The notes beneath the pieces were generated by a model that saw only the letters and a program-made list of their open reading frames with translations, searched no databases and was not told where the DNA came from. From assembly GCF_963921235.1 (NCBI RefSeq), contig NC_086109.1, forward strand, positions 26,972,001 through 27,036,000: a DNA stretch of 64,000 nucleotides, written 5' to 3'. A program made the position numbers and the translations under genes. Of the stretch, positions 23,651-37,283 are shown piece by piece. Each line of letters starts with the position of its first letter. The stretch's first letter is position 1. The DNA is from Mobula hypostoma (Eukaryota).

Positions 23651-26074
23651 AATTGATCCAAGATTGGCTGAGTGGTCAACGGATGATTTAGTGAGTGGAA
23701 CTGTTTTAGTTGTAGTACGATTCTATAGGTTAATTGCTGGGCCACTTGCTTCTTTTATACCTCGATCAATAATTTACATATAGTTGTAAAAAGTATGATT
23801 AAGAAGGTTATAGGCAACATAAAATTGCTCCCACAGTTAATAGAGTGAAAGAAAGCTATAGATTAAATTGCTGAAAGATAACAATGAGCAATTCAAATGG
23901 GCAGTGTAGCAGTTACTTGAAAACAAGCCAAAACGGCTGAGAGACTGAGTATAGGGATTGACACTGTATGATGTACTTCCAGATAACTGAGTTCCAAATC
24001 AAAAAAAGTATGTTCGATTCTTTATTCAGAAATCTGCAAAGATGTATGATCTTATAGCAATAAAAAAACTAACAAAACTAAATTAGCAATAGTGCGAAAT
24101 AAGAGTAATAAGTGTTCAAATTAGCGTAATTAAGTGGTCGACAAAAAAGTACATCATCCCTGTCTCTGGTTGCCTCTAACTAAACTAATCTAGCTCAGAC
24201 AAAGCATGAATATGTAACTATACTCATTTGCTTGTACCACGTCCCAACTCGTGACAAATTACCGAAACCCACAATAAACATACAACACAAAATACAATGC
24301 AGACAGAAGATAGATACATGACTCCTGAAGTGGCAATTGGAATTAGGTCTTAGCAAAGTGTAAGGAAATGCATTTGGAGATGGCAAAGGAAATATTTAAT
24401 AAAAAATAGGATTCATAGAAGTGCAGAGGGTTTTAATTGGTTTAGTATTGTATTGTCACATGTACAAAGGTACAGTGAAAAATCTGTTTTGCATGCTGTT
24501 CATACAGATCAATTCATTACAACAGTGCACTGAGGTAGTACAGAGTAAAACAATAACAATAGATTTACAGTTACAGAGAAGGTAGACTCCAGGTAGACAA
24601 TAAGGCGCAAGCTCGTAGCGAGGTAGATTGAGGTCAAGAGTCCATCTGATTGTACTTGGGAAATATTCAATGGACTCTAACAGTAGGATAGAAGCTATTG
24701 ATGACAGTTTGGTTTTCAATGATTGTTTAAGTGAGGGTGCCGTAAGCTACCGGAACGGGAAGATGAGGTAGTTAAGAAGGCATACTGGATTCTTTACTTT
24801 CATTGCAGAGGCACAGAATATAGAAGTAGATACATCATTGGTTGAACTGAATAAAGCACCAGTTAAACTATGGTTACACTACTGCATGCCATTTTGATCA
24901 CCTGCCTATTACGAATGTGAATCTAGAATGAGCTGCCAAAGAGAGTGGATTGATACGGGTACAGTACATTAACAGCAATCAAAAGATGTTTTGATAAGTA
25001 CACGGCTAGGAGGGGTTTATAGGGCTCAGGCCAAGAATGTGCAAGTGGAATGACAATGGCAGGTGTTGATGAGTTGGGCCAAAGAGCCTGTATCCATGCT
25101 GTATTGCTCTATTACTCCATGATAACTGTGTTGCCTGTGCAGTGGAAGCTGAATCCTACTGGCTTGCTATACCCTAGCCTTCCACTTCATTCTGCTTGAA
25201 CTGTCTTTCTAATTTTCCATCCAGATGTTGAACACTGTCTGGTTCAGGCATATCAGATTCCAAGAACCCACCTAAAGGCAAATGTTCTTGATTGGTTTTG
25301 CCCTCCCATTGTAAAAGTTCTAAGTCGATTCTCCTTCATGACAGATTCCCAACTTTTACTAAAGACTTTCCATTTTCTTCACATGGTTATCCATCATTGT
25401 TAAATAGAAATGGTTTTATTTCCATTGATATAAACTCCTTTCTACTTCATTGGCCCAGGGAGTCCATCATCCTTGTGAAATCGAAAATGTTATTAACCTT
25501 TTTAATCTTTATATATCAAAATTCATATGCAAGGAATTGCGTTCTTCACCCCTGAAGATTAGTCTGAGGTAATTGTAATAATGCATCTGACATAATGTAC
25601 AAATTATATGCACCTTCCCCAAAGCTTATCCGCACTGTGTAGTGTAATTTCCATCAACCAAATCTATTTGTTGTTTAAGAGCTGGTAAAGTACTCTGTGA
25701 AGAGCTGGTTCCAACCAACCCTGTAGAGTCCTTTAATTTCCTACTACAGAGCCATTCCTGTATCTTCCCTTTACAGGAGTTTCTACCACTGAATAGGGAT
25801 CCACATTCGAGAAGAACAGAATATCATTGAAATGACAAATACCATTCACAACATGGGGAACTAGAACAGAAGAGAAGCAATGTTGATCTGTAACGAATGT
25901 TTAACTCCCTTTGCATTCAGAAACAAACGGCATTGTTTTTAGCAACACACACACAATGCTGGAGGGACTCAGCAGGTCAGGCAGCATCTATGGAAAATTA
26001 TTTATTTATGGGACATAGATATTGTTAGTAACAATATTTAATGTAAATTCTCAATTTTTAAATGTATTTTTTAG

Positions 26075-26310
26075 AGATACAGCACAGTTTCAGGCCCTTC
26101 CAGCCCAACAAGCCCACCCGGGCCAATTCCACCCACGTGACCAGCCAACCTCTAACCTATACATATTTGGAATATGGGACAAATCTGGAGCATTTGGTAG
26201 AAACTCATGCAGTCATGGGGACAACATTTAAACTCCTTACAGATAGTGGCAGGAAACAAACCGAGTTAATGTCGCTGAAATAGTGCTGCTTTAACTGCTA
26301 CACCACCTGT
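26075..26310 (-). mobile_element. tRNA-derived SINE with CR1-like tail
   Basis: agagatacagcacag..caggcccttccagccc tail; gaaactcatgcagtcatggggacaac..aaactccttacaga central domain; taactgctacaccacc head. Confidence 0.65.
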
Positions 26311-26884
26311 GCCAGGAAAAAGTTTGAATTTTGTTTTTGTTGAGCAGCTTTGCTGAACCACTGAGTTTACACAATGAAATCAAATTATGGGATTTTAACC
26401 AGCAATCATGAAAGAATGTCGTATAGTATGCACAGTTAGAATGATGCATTGATTGTAGGGGAACTTAAAGGTGAAGGTGTTGCAAGCACCTTCTATTCTT
26501 GTCCTCTGCAGCTAAGGTTGCAGATTTGGTTTGTGTTAAAAGAACCATAGAAAACTGCTAGCTTATCTGTGGGTGGTATGCATGCTTGGATCTTGATTCA
26601 ATAAGCTAACTCATCTTGGATTATTTCAAACTCTGCCAGGTTTGGAATTGTGTTTATGCATGTAAATGAAGAGGATTTCTTTAGTCTCCTGCTGTGGAAG
26701 GCAGTTGGTAACTGAATTTGGGAAGTAGGGAGGTGTTTAATACCTTTTCTCAAAGAGTCACTAAGGACAGGTTTGAGGGTTATGAAGTCTTCCTTTGGGT
26801 TAAATTTCTTTTAGCATGGAGTATATGAATTCTATTCTGGACCTTACTGAGGAGCCAATTTATCAACATGGCAAATTCTTTTTC

Positions 26885-27350
26885 TACAACACACACAAAA
26901 TCCTGGAGGAATTCAGCAAGTCAGCCAGCATCTATAGAGGGGAATAAACTGTTGACATTTCAGGTCAAGATTCTTCAAGAGCACTTGGAAGGGGAAGAAG
27001 CCAGAATAAGAAGTTGGGAGGAGGGTAAGGAGTACAAGGTGTCAGGTGATAGGTGAGACCAGGTGAATGGGAAGGTGGGTTGGTGGGAGGGGGGATAAAG
27101 TAAGAAGCAGGGAAGGGATAAGTGGGACAGGTAAGGAGCTGAAGAAGAAAAATGGGAGAGGACAGTGGACCATGGAAGAAAGGGAAGGAGGAGGGGAACC
27201 AAAGGGAGGTGATGGGCGGGTGAGGAGAAGGAGGCGTGATATGGAGTAAGCAAGAAGTGGGAGGGGGAATAGTTACCGTAAGTTTGAGCACTTAAAGTTT
27301 ATGCTATTAGGTTGGAAGCTACTCAGATGGAATATGGCGTATTGCACTTC
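26885..27350 (-). mobile_element. PLE 3' fragment
   Basis: caacacacacaaaatcctggagga start, purine-rich block, gttggaagctactcagatggaatat (GIY-YIG end). Confidence 0.75.
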
Positions 27351-28471
27351 CAAAATGAGTTTCACCTTTTGTTATATTTTCTTCTTATTCATCACTCTTT
27401 TGCGTTGAGGATATCTTCTGCTCCAGTTCAGAGTGGGAGCTGTGTGTGTATGAATTTCTTTAATGTGAAATCTTGGCTCCCTTTATCACACCCCACTGTG
27501 TCCCTTCCACCCCCATTCCTTCCCCAATTCTGCATCCCCTCAGCATATCACTTTTCTCCTACCCTGGTCTTCCCCACACACTGCCCTCTGTCAATCCCCA
27601 CGCCCCAGCTGCTAGTCACAACTGCAGCATTGCTGTCCTCAAGCACAATCCCAGGCAGCAGCATTTGTGATACCCCTGCTATGGATGCAGTTGTTGGATT
27701 AACTAGAGCTGTGTATGTTATTCAGCAAGCTGTGCTACAACTGACTCCTTGCAACCATGTGTGTATAATCGGGGAATTCACAAATATCTTTCTACTTTAC
27801 AGTTTTTGCTAAATGAGAGTATCGTTCCTCCATTATATCCCCCTCCCCACCTCCTTTGTCTTATTCCATGCTCCAGCTGCCTCTCCCATCGGATTTCCTT
27901 ATCTTCAATTCCCTGTCTCTTCCACATATCACTTCCCAGCTTCAGATATCATTTTCACTTTCCTCTCTCCCTCATCTGCTTTTCGGCTCCCTTGTCTGGA
28001 TTCACCTGAGCCTGAATCCACCTATCACCTGCCAGCTCTTGCTCCATCTCTTCCCTCCACCTTTTTATACTTGCCAACTTCCCTCTTTCTTTCAGTCTAA
28101 TGAAAGGGCTTGATCCAAAACATCAACTGTCCATTTGTCCCTATTGATGCTGTTCAGTTGCTCCAGCAGCTTGTGTCTCTGTTTCTCCATTATAACTATG
28201 TTGTGTCAATAACTACACCCTTCTCAGAGATGCAAATATCCACCAAGATATTTTGATATCCTTCTTGACTCTTATTGCCTATTTAGATCTGGTCTGTGGA
28301 GTTAACATCAGTCAATGTCATTTCACTCAAGAATAAGCTCAAGTTGGAGACATAACAGATTGCAGATGCTGGAATCTAGAGCAACAAACAACATGCTGAA
28401 GGAGCCCAGAAGGTCAGGTAGTTGAGGGAAGTGGGCAGTCCATGTTTCAGGTCAAGACCTTTCATCTAGAC

Positions 28472-28548
28472 CAGGGGATCCCAACCTTTTTTAAGCCATG
28501 AATTGCCATTAACCAAGGGATCTGTGAACCCCAGGTTGGGAACCCCTG
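28472..28548. mobile_element. hAT (Charlie-type) MITE, 77 bp, 8-bp TSD
   Basis: TIRs CAGGGGATCCCAACCT / AGGTTGGGAACCCCTG; TSD atctagac at 28464-28471 and 28549-28556. Confidence 0.9.
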
Positions 28549-28984
28549 ATCTAGACCACAGATTTAATAATGTAGCATTGGATGTTATCCTGTTAAGAGG
28601 CTACAGAGATGGAATGTAGTAAGGAGGAGCCACAATTCAGTTTGTTAAATGGAGTGCAGATGAAGGGTCTTGACCTTGAAATATCAACTGTTCATTTCCC
28701 TCCACAGATGCTGCCTGACCTGTTGAAATTTCTCCAGCATCTTGCTTGTTGCAACAAGTTCACCTTTCTGGGCCTGACAATTAATCATTTAACAGCCAGC
28801 TTTATGCTAAGTCTAAGGATATGCTCTCCCAAGTAGTTTTAGATCTCTACCTGAGATCTGCCACTTGAATAGCCATATTGATGGGGAAATAAAGCTTCCA
28901 CACATCTCAGGTAGTGGCAAGCTACTCTGCTACCCTTGATCATGTTCTGGATGAGATTGCTAGACTGTAGCCGGTTCCTTTTTG

Positions 28985-31330
28985 TTACCATAAGAGCACA
29001 AGACATAGAGCAGAAGTAGGCCATTTGGCCCATCAAGTCTGCTCCGCCATTCAACAATGGCTGATCTCTTTTTTCCCCCTCCTTAGCTCCCCTCCCCGGC
29101 CTTCTCCCTGTAACCTTTGATGCAGTGGCCAATCAAGAACCTACCAATCTCCCCCATAAGTACACCCAATGACCTGGCCTCCATGGCAATTTCTCCGCAT
29201 TTCTGTTTTAAATGGATGGCCCTCTATCCTGAGGCTGCTCTCTTGTCCTAGACTCCCCCACCATGGGTAACATCCTTTCCACATCTACTCTGTCTATGCC
29301 TTTTAACATTCAAAAGCTGTCTTAAGATCCCCTCTCATCCTTCTACATTCCAGCGAGTACGGGCCCAAAGTCATCAAACGTTCCTCATATGATAACCCTT
29401 TCATTCCCGGAATCATCCTTGTGAATCTCCTCTGAAACCTCTCCAATGCCAGCACATCTTTTCTTAGATAGGAGCCCAAAACTGTTCACAATACTCAAGG
29501 GGTGAGGCCTCAGCAGTGCCTTATAAAGCCTCAGCATCATATCCCTGTTCTTATATTCAAGATCTCTTGGAATAAATGCTAACATTGCATTTGCCTTCCT
29601 CACCATTGGCTCAACCTGCAAGTTAACCTTCAGGATGTCCTGCGAAAGGACTCCCAGGAACCTTTGCATCTCAGATTTTTGGATTTTCTCCCCATTTAGA
29701 AAATAGTCTGCTGCACATTTATTTCTTCTACCAAGTGTTTACAATATTGTGTTCCATTTGCCACTTTCTTGTCGATTCTCCTAATCTCTCTCAGTCCTTC
29801 TGTAACTTTCCTGTTTCCACAACACTACCTGTCCCTCAACCAATGTTTGTATCATCTGCAAACATGGCAACAAAGTCATCGATTCCATCACCTAAATAAT
29901 TGATATACAGCTTAAAAAGAAGTGGCCCCAACACCGGACCTACTGAACATCACTAGTCACTGGCAGCCAACCAGAAAAGGATCGTTTTAATTCCCACTCG
30001 CTGCCTCCTACCAATCAACCAATGCTCTAACCATGCATGTTACTTTCCTGTAACACCATGGGCTCTCAACATGGTAAGCAGCCTCATGTGTGGCACCTTG
30101 TTGAAGGCTTTCTGAAAGAAAAATATGCAACATCCACTGCATCCCCTTTATCTATGCTACTTATAATCTCCTCAAAGAATTCCAATGGTTTCGTCAGACA
30201 AGATCTTCCATTAAGGAAACGATGATGACTTTGTCCTATCTTGTCCTGTGTCACCAAGTACTTCATAATGTTATCCTTAACAATTGACTCCAACATCTTC
30301 CCAACCACTGAGATCAGGCTAACTGGTCTATAATTTACTTTGTTAAAGAGTGGAGTGATATTTGGAAGGTTCCAGTCCTCCAGAACCATGCCAGAGCCCA
30401 ATGACTCTTGAAAGATCATTACTAATGCCTCCACAATCTCTACTGCTACCTCTTTTGGAACCCTAGGATGCAGTTCACCTGGTCTGGGTGACTTGCGTAT
30501 CTTTAGGTCTTTCAGCTTTTTGAAATTGTAATCGTAACTGCACCTACTTCTCTTTCCTCACACCCCTCAACACCTGGCATACTGCTAGTATCTTCCACAG
30601 TGAAGACTGATGCAAGATAGTCATTTAGTTCACTTGCCATCTCCTTGCCCCGCCCCCCCCCCAAGCCGCATTGTTATTTCTCTGGCCTCATTTTCTAGTG
30701 GTCCTATATCCACTCTCATCTCTCTCTTATTTTTTTATACACTTGAAAAAAGCTTTTTCTTTTCACCTTGATGTTTTTTACTAGTGTGCTTTCATATTTC
30801 ATATATTCCCCCAGTAAGTCTTTTAGTTGTTTTCCGCAGGTTTTTAAAAGCTTCCCAATCCTGTATCTTCCTGCTAATTTTTGCTTTGTTGTATACCCTC
30901 TCTTTTGCTTTTACATTAGTTTTGATATCCCTTGTCAGCCATAGTTGTACTATTTTGCCATTTGAGTATTTTTGTTTTTGGAATACATCTATCCTACACC
31001 TTCCTCATTTTTCCCAGTAACTCAAGCCATTGCTGCTCTACTGTCATCCCTGCTAGCATCTCCTTCCAATTTACTTTGGCCAACTCCTATCTCATACCAC
31101 TGTAATTTCCTTTATTCCACTGAAATGCCGCTAGGTCAGACATTACTTTCTCCATATCAAATTCCAAGTTGAACTCAATCATCTTGTGCTTGCTGTTTCC
31201 TAAGGGTTCCTTTATCTTAAGCATCCTAAACACCTCCGGTTCATTGCATAACACCCAATCTAGTATAGCTGATCCCCTAGTAGGCTCAATGACAAACTAT
31301 TCTAAAAAGCCATTTCATAGGCATTCAACA
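28985..31330 (-). mobile_element. CR1 LINE, long degenerate fragment
   Basis: NYRPVSLISVVGKMLES..GRSCLT, VRKANAMLAFI.R.LEYK, and the 3' tail ataagagcacaagacatagagcagaagtaggccatttggccc. Confidence 0.9.
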
Positions 31331-32135
31331 AATTGTTGCCGCAGCAACAACCTGGCACTCAACGTCAGTAAGGTGAAAGAGCTGATTGTGGACTTCATGA
31401 AGGGTAAGACGAAGGAACACATGCCAATCCTCATAAAGGGATCAGAAGTGGAGAGAGTGAGCATTTTCAAGTTCCTGGGTGTCAAGATCTCTGAGGACCT
31501 AACCTGGTCCCAACATATTGATGCAGTTATAAAGAAGGCAAGACAGCAACTATACTTCATTAGGAGTTTGAAGAGATTTGGTATGTCAACAAATACACTC
31601 AAAAACTTCTATAGATGTAATGTGGAGCGTATTCTGACAGGTTGCATCACTGTCTGGTATGGAGGGGCTACTGCACAGGACTGAAAAAAGCTGCAGAAAT
31701 TTAGTTGGCTCCATCTTGGATACTAGCCTACAAAGTACCCAGGACACCTTCAAAGAGTGGTGTCTCAGAAAGGCAGCGTCCATTATTAAGGACCTCCAGA
31801 ACCCAGGGCGTGCCTTTTTCTCACTGTTACCATAAGGTAGGAGGTACAGAAACCTGAAAGCACATATTCGGCGATTCAGGAACAGCTTCTTTCCCTCTGC
31901 CATCGGATTCCTAAATAGACATTGAACCCTTGGACACTACCTCACTTTTGTAATATATATTATTTCTGTTTTTTGCATGATTTTTAATCTATTCAATTTA
32001 CATATACTGTAATTGATTTACTTATTATTATTATGTTTTTTCTTCTATATTATGTATTGCATTGAACTGCTGCTGCTAAGTTAACAAATTTCATGACACT
32101 TGCTGATAATAATAAAAACTGATTCTGATTCTGAT
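31331..32135 (+). mobile_element. Rex1/Babar LINE 3' fragment
   Basis: CRSNNLALNVSKVKELIVDF..VERVSIFKFLGV..KKARQQLYFIRSL; tail aataaaaactgattctgattctgat. Confidence 0.9.
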
Positions 32136-33825
32136 CCAAGAACCTGAAGCCACCCCCCCCCCCCCCCACTGCACCAGCTTCTCAGCCATGCACTTATCTG
32201 CCAAATCATCCCGTTTCTACCCTCACTGGAGTGTGGCACAGGTAGCAATCCAGAAGTTATTACCCTGGAAGTTCTGCTCTCAGCTTTCTGCCCAGCTCTC
32301 TCAATTCTTTCTGATATTTGTCATCTCAAAGCATCTTGGTGCCAAGAAGGTTGAGTTTAAGTTGATGGAGATAAACACTCTTTGTGGTCCTATTACAATG
32401 CCAGTACAACGTTTCAAAGCCACAACCCTGCTAGGAATATCAAAAATCTAGTTCCTGAGAAGGGCATGAGCATCTGCAACTCCACAGGTGTAATCTTCAT
32501 GCTCTCTGTTCTACCTGTGAATACTGCCCATGAGGACATTAAGTGGTATTTTATCTGCTTTAATCAAGGAGTTACTTTACCCATGTGGTACCACTTCTTT
32601 TTTGTAACACATCATCCCCTTTCTCATTAACTGGGTAATGGCCAATACCAAAGCATTAAATCTATATATCCATTTGACTTCCTCATATCAATTACCTGCT
32701 TAAGAGGGTTGACTTACTTATTTTTCAAAAACTCTCTTGTAAGTCAGCATTACATTTCCCTTAATCTTTGCTTAATTGACTGAGAGTCAAACCCTGATAC
32801 AGTTGGATTTTCAGCCACAAAAAGCTGGAGGAACTCAGATAGTCAGGCAGCAACTATGCAAATGAATTAAGCTGGAGTTTATTGTCCGGGGTAATTTTTC
32901 CAATGTGACTTTATGGTAGAATAGTTTTTGCCTCAGATGTGTTTCTTGATGTACTATGCAAGAGCTGCTTCATTTAGAGCATATGGCTTTTTTCACTGTG
33001 TCCTTGTTCTTTTCCCCTCTGAGACAGCTTTTATTTAGTGGAAGTGTGATAATGCCCAGAGTGGAGATTGGAAGATCAGCTAGCGTTTCTGTTTCTGACT
33101 GATACCTAACAGCAAGCTCTGTAAGTTATTTGTGGAATTTAGATGAGGATGGAATTGAGTTTATTTGTGACTCTTGACGTGCACAACAAATGCAACTATT
33201 AATAATGAAAGCATTTTTCCCAGAATTACTGTTTTTTAAACATTTAATATTTAAGTTCAGAAGCTCATTGAGCCTGTATTTATAGCCATTGCTGAGGGAT
33301 TGCAACACACAAATACTTCAGATGTTGGGATAGAGAGAGAAGCTGAAAATATTCGGCATGTTAGGTGTTACATGTAGAGAAAAGAACGGATTTAATACAT
33401 AATATACACTTGCCACTGAACTCAACAGACCTTCTGCTGTCTATATAATGTTCCCTGAATAGTATAGCAGATGGCTGTAGTCATTGAAATACCAACCATT
33501 ATTTTGATGAAAGAATCAAGAGGATAGCAATTTGCATTGGCCAGGAAGCATATTGATCCTTCCCAAGAGTACAATATCTGGCTTAGTGATTACCTGGTAG
33601 CAAATTCCACCCCTCCCAAATAAAAAAAGCCCTTGTCTTCCTCAACCAGATTGAGTCCTGAACCCCCAACTAGGCTCAAATTCTACCCAAGTTTGGCAAG
33701 CAAATGTTGTAAAATAAGATCCACCTTCATTGCTGACATCGAACTCCAGGTCAAAACCAAGAAAATGAAAGTATATAATTACTATTAGCCCCAACATTAT
33801 GAAAAAAGACTTGAAGCATTCAATT

Positions 33826-33932
33826 AACACACATAAAAGTTGCTGGTGAATGCAGCAGGCCAGGCAGCATCTATTCACCAGCAACTTTTATGTTTGTTGC
33901 TTGAAATTCCAGCACCTGCAGATTTCCTCATG
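33826..33932. mobile_element. Mini PLE fold-back insertion, 14-bp TSD
   Basis: TSD tgaagcattcaatt at 33812-33825 and 33933-33946; inverted acataaaagttgctggtgaa / ttcaccagcaacttttatgt. Confidence 0.88.
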
Positions 33933-35364
33933 TGAAGCATTCAATTGTTATCGTAAACTAAAGGAAAGAAATAGCCATCATCGTGAGATACCTCTAAGTT
34001 CAAAGTAAAATTTATTATCAGAGTCACCACATACACCCCTGAGATTCTTTTCTCTGTGGGCATTCTTAGAAAATCTATCGAACAGTAGCTGTAAACAGGA
34101 TTAATGAACAAACTGCAAATGTGAATATAAAGAAATAGCAATAAGTAACGAGTATGAAATAACAAGGTTAAGAGTCCTTAAAGTGAGCATTAGTTGTGGG
34201 AACACCAGAAATAGAATGAGCGTAGTTATCCCCTTTTGTGAGATAATTAATAAGATTTCTGATGAAATTCTTCAAGATTGTGAAGGGTTAGTAATATGGT
34301 AACAGAAAATATAAAAAATAGAATTAGATCTTGGAAGTATAAAATGAAGGAGTAGCAATAAAAAAAATCAATTCAGCCACAAAAGTGAATCTTTCCTTTG
34401 AAAGATTCTCTTGCATTTTATTTCTAAAACACTAGAGGGCAATATCCATCTGCACAATATGACATTGTCCATTTATATGAATATTCTGTTTGGTAATTCA
34501 CATTCCTGTTGTATTTTGCCTCATTTGAAGATCTCTGTCCTTTTTATCAAATATTATTCTGCTTTTAGAAATACATAATCTATATTTCAGTAGGACAAAT
34601 GGTAACAGGACCAGTGAGACTGACATAATTCTGCACAGATCAAAAAGAGCAGATTCATATCTCTTATCTCTGAGACAGTCATAGATTGACTTCGGTATCT
34701 TGGCAGGGTCATGGGGAAGAGACTCAGAAATGGAAGTAACTGTGCTGCTGTCGAAGTTGAAAGTTTTGTTGAATGAATAGTTTTGCCTGTGCTGCAATGA
34801 TTCCATAATCTCTCATAGCACACTGGACCAGCATTTGACAACTAGCTGGTTGGGAAGGAAAGTGATTCAAAGACTCTTCATACTTTTACTGTATGTTTCA
34901 AAAGATAATGAGTTATGAATGTTGTTGGCATAGCATAATAAATACAGAAGCAGGAAAGCAAATATTTGACCAAAAGTATTGGGCAATTTGAACGTATTAA
35001 CAATCTTTGCTTTTGACATGTTGCCAGTACCACAATTGTGTCATCACTTCCTGCAGGATTTTGCATTTTTCAGACCCTCTGTCACTGGTTTCTGTGGTTA
35101 TTACAGTGGTAACAACCAGATTATGGTGGTCTGAGGCCCATTAGAGATTAGTAGTGATCAGATTGAATGATAATTTGGGCATAAGTTATAACACACCATG
35201 TAGACACACTGAAGTTACCTGCCCTGGAGCAGCAGAGAGTTGACAAACCCATGAATTTTAACTGCTCCACTGATCAGATAACAAAGAAAGTCAATATATC
35301 CCTTCTAACTATCTCACTGCATTTGTTCTAACCTCTGATTTGTGTTGAAACCACCTCTTTTTAT

Positions 35365-37200
35365 GCTGTATATAAATGATTTAGATGCTGAAATAGATGG
35401 CTCTGTTGGCAAGTTTGCAGATGATACGAAGGTTGGTGGAGGAGCAAGTAGAATGCAGAAGAACTTAGATTAGGAGAATGGGCAAAAAAGTGGCAAATAA
35501 AATATAATGTTGGAAAATGCACGGTCATGCATTTTGATAGTAGAAATAAATGTGCGGACTATTTTCTAAACAGGGAGAAAATCCAAAAATCTGATATGGA
35601 AAGGGACTTGGGAGCCCTTGTGCAGAACACCCTGAAGGTTAACCTGCAGGGTGAGTCGGTGGTGAGGAAGGCAAATGCAATGTTAGAACTTATTTCAGGA
35701 AGTCTAGAATATAAAAGCAGGGATGTGATGCTGAGGCTTTATAATGCACTGCTTAGGCCTCACCTTGAGTATTGTGAACAGATTTGGGCTCCTCATTTTA
35801 GAAGAGATGTGCCAGTATTGGAGAGGTTTCAGAAGAGGTTCACAAGGATGATTCCAGTGTGACGAGAATACACATAAAATTAAGATGTTTGCTGGCCTAG
35901 GTTAGCATCAGTGACATCAGCAAGTGGTCTGCCACCTGCCCTCAGGGGAAGGAGAGATAAGGAACAATGGAGCAGCGTCTGGAGATGTGTAATGAAGGAA
36001 CGGGGAAGAGAGAGCTGTCTGGAGCGGCTCCCCCTTTGAACCCTGAACTGTTTGAAGTGGTGGACAGGCGATGCCCCAGCAGGGGGATAAAAAGGGACCG
36101 GTTCGCTAAGGCAGACACACACGCCACCCGAGGTAACGAGACCCTGGAAGCGGTGCGCCTCTCACGAGTGGGTGAGAAGTATCAGACAACGGCCAGGGTG
36201 GAAAGGTACGATCAGCGGGAACCCGGTGTGTGTCCGCCCTTGCCTGGGTGCCGGGTTCACTGCAGAGGATCGACCGCATCTGGAGGAGGGGTCACAGTCG
36301 GTGACCTCAGGTGACATCACCAAGGACCTGCCCAAAAGTTGCTTGTGAGCAATATCGCCGGTCTGTGAGTGAAGCCGTTCTGAATGATCAGTTGTTCCCG
36401 TTCTATCTCTCTCTTCCCCCACGTTGTCCATCACCAGGGCAACGATTACTGCGAACTGAACTACTAAACTGGACTGAACTTTGAGTCACTTTTAAATTTG
36501 GTCATTTACCCCTAGACAACGATAGAGCTTGATTGATGCTGTTATCTTAATTCTGTGCACATGTGTGGTTATCATTGTTGAACTGTTGCATTTATTATCC
36601 TTTCGATTACTGTGTTGCTTGTTTCTTTAATAAAACTTTCTTAGTTCTAGTACTCCAGACTCCAACTGAGTGATCCATTTCTGCTGGTTTGGCAACCCAG
36701 TTACGGGGTACGTAACACCAGGAATGAAAGGGTTATTGTATGTGGAACGTTTGATGGCTCTGGGTCTGTACTCGCTGGAATTTAGAAGGGTGGGGGGGGG
36801 ATCTCATTGAAACCTTTCGAATGTTGAAAGGACTAGACAGAGTAGAAGTGGAAAGGATGCTTCCCATGGTGGGAGAGTCTAGGACCAGAGGTCATAGCCT
36901 CAGGATAGAGGGGCATCCATTCAAAACAGAGATATGGAGAAAGTTCTTTAGCCAGAGGATGGTGAATTTGTGGAATTTGTTGCCATGTGCAGCTGTGGAG
37001 GCCAGGTCGTTGGGTGTGTTTAAGGCAGAGATTGGTAAGTTCTTGATTGGACATGGTATCAAAGGTTAGGGGGGAAGGTTAGGGGGGAAGGCCAGGAAGT
37101 AGGGTTGAAGAGGAGATAAGAAGGATCAGCCATGATTGGATGGTGGAGCAGACTTGATGGGCCAAATGGCCTAATTCTGTTCCCATGTCTTGTGGTCTTA
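35365..37200 (+). mobile_element. CR1 LINE 3' part, interrupted by a solo LTR
   Basis: KFADDTKVGG, RKANAML..LEYKSRDVMLRLYNALLRPHLEYC..FTRMIP, resuming as GMKGL after 36721; 3' tail atgtcttgtggtctta. Confidence 0.9.
35858..36717 (+). mobile_element. Solo LTR, 860 bp, 4-bp TSD
   Basis: TGTGACG...CGTAACA termini; TSD ccag at 35854-35857 and 36718-36721; TATA-like ggataaaagg ~36085; AATAAA ~36629; CpG-rich. Confidence 0.9.
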
Positions 37201-37283
37201 TAATTTCATTGCTGTATCACGTCATTCTGCCTTTTATCCAGTTGTACAAGGCAACAAATTAACTCAATTCCAAGGAACCCAGG

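Noticed and set aside
25733..25860. Possible minus-strand terminal exon (PHVVNGICHFNDILFFSNVDPYSVVETPVKGRYRNGSVVGN*)
   Set aside because: Good acceptor, but no recognisable homology and no compatible upstream exon; an equally good acceptor exists on the opposite strand.
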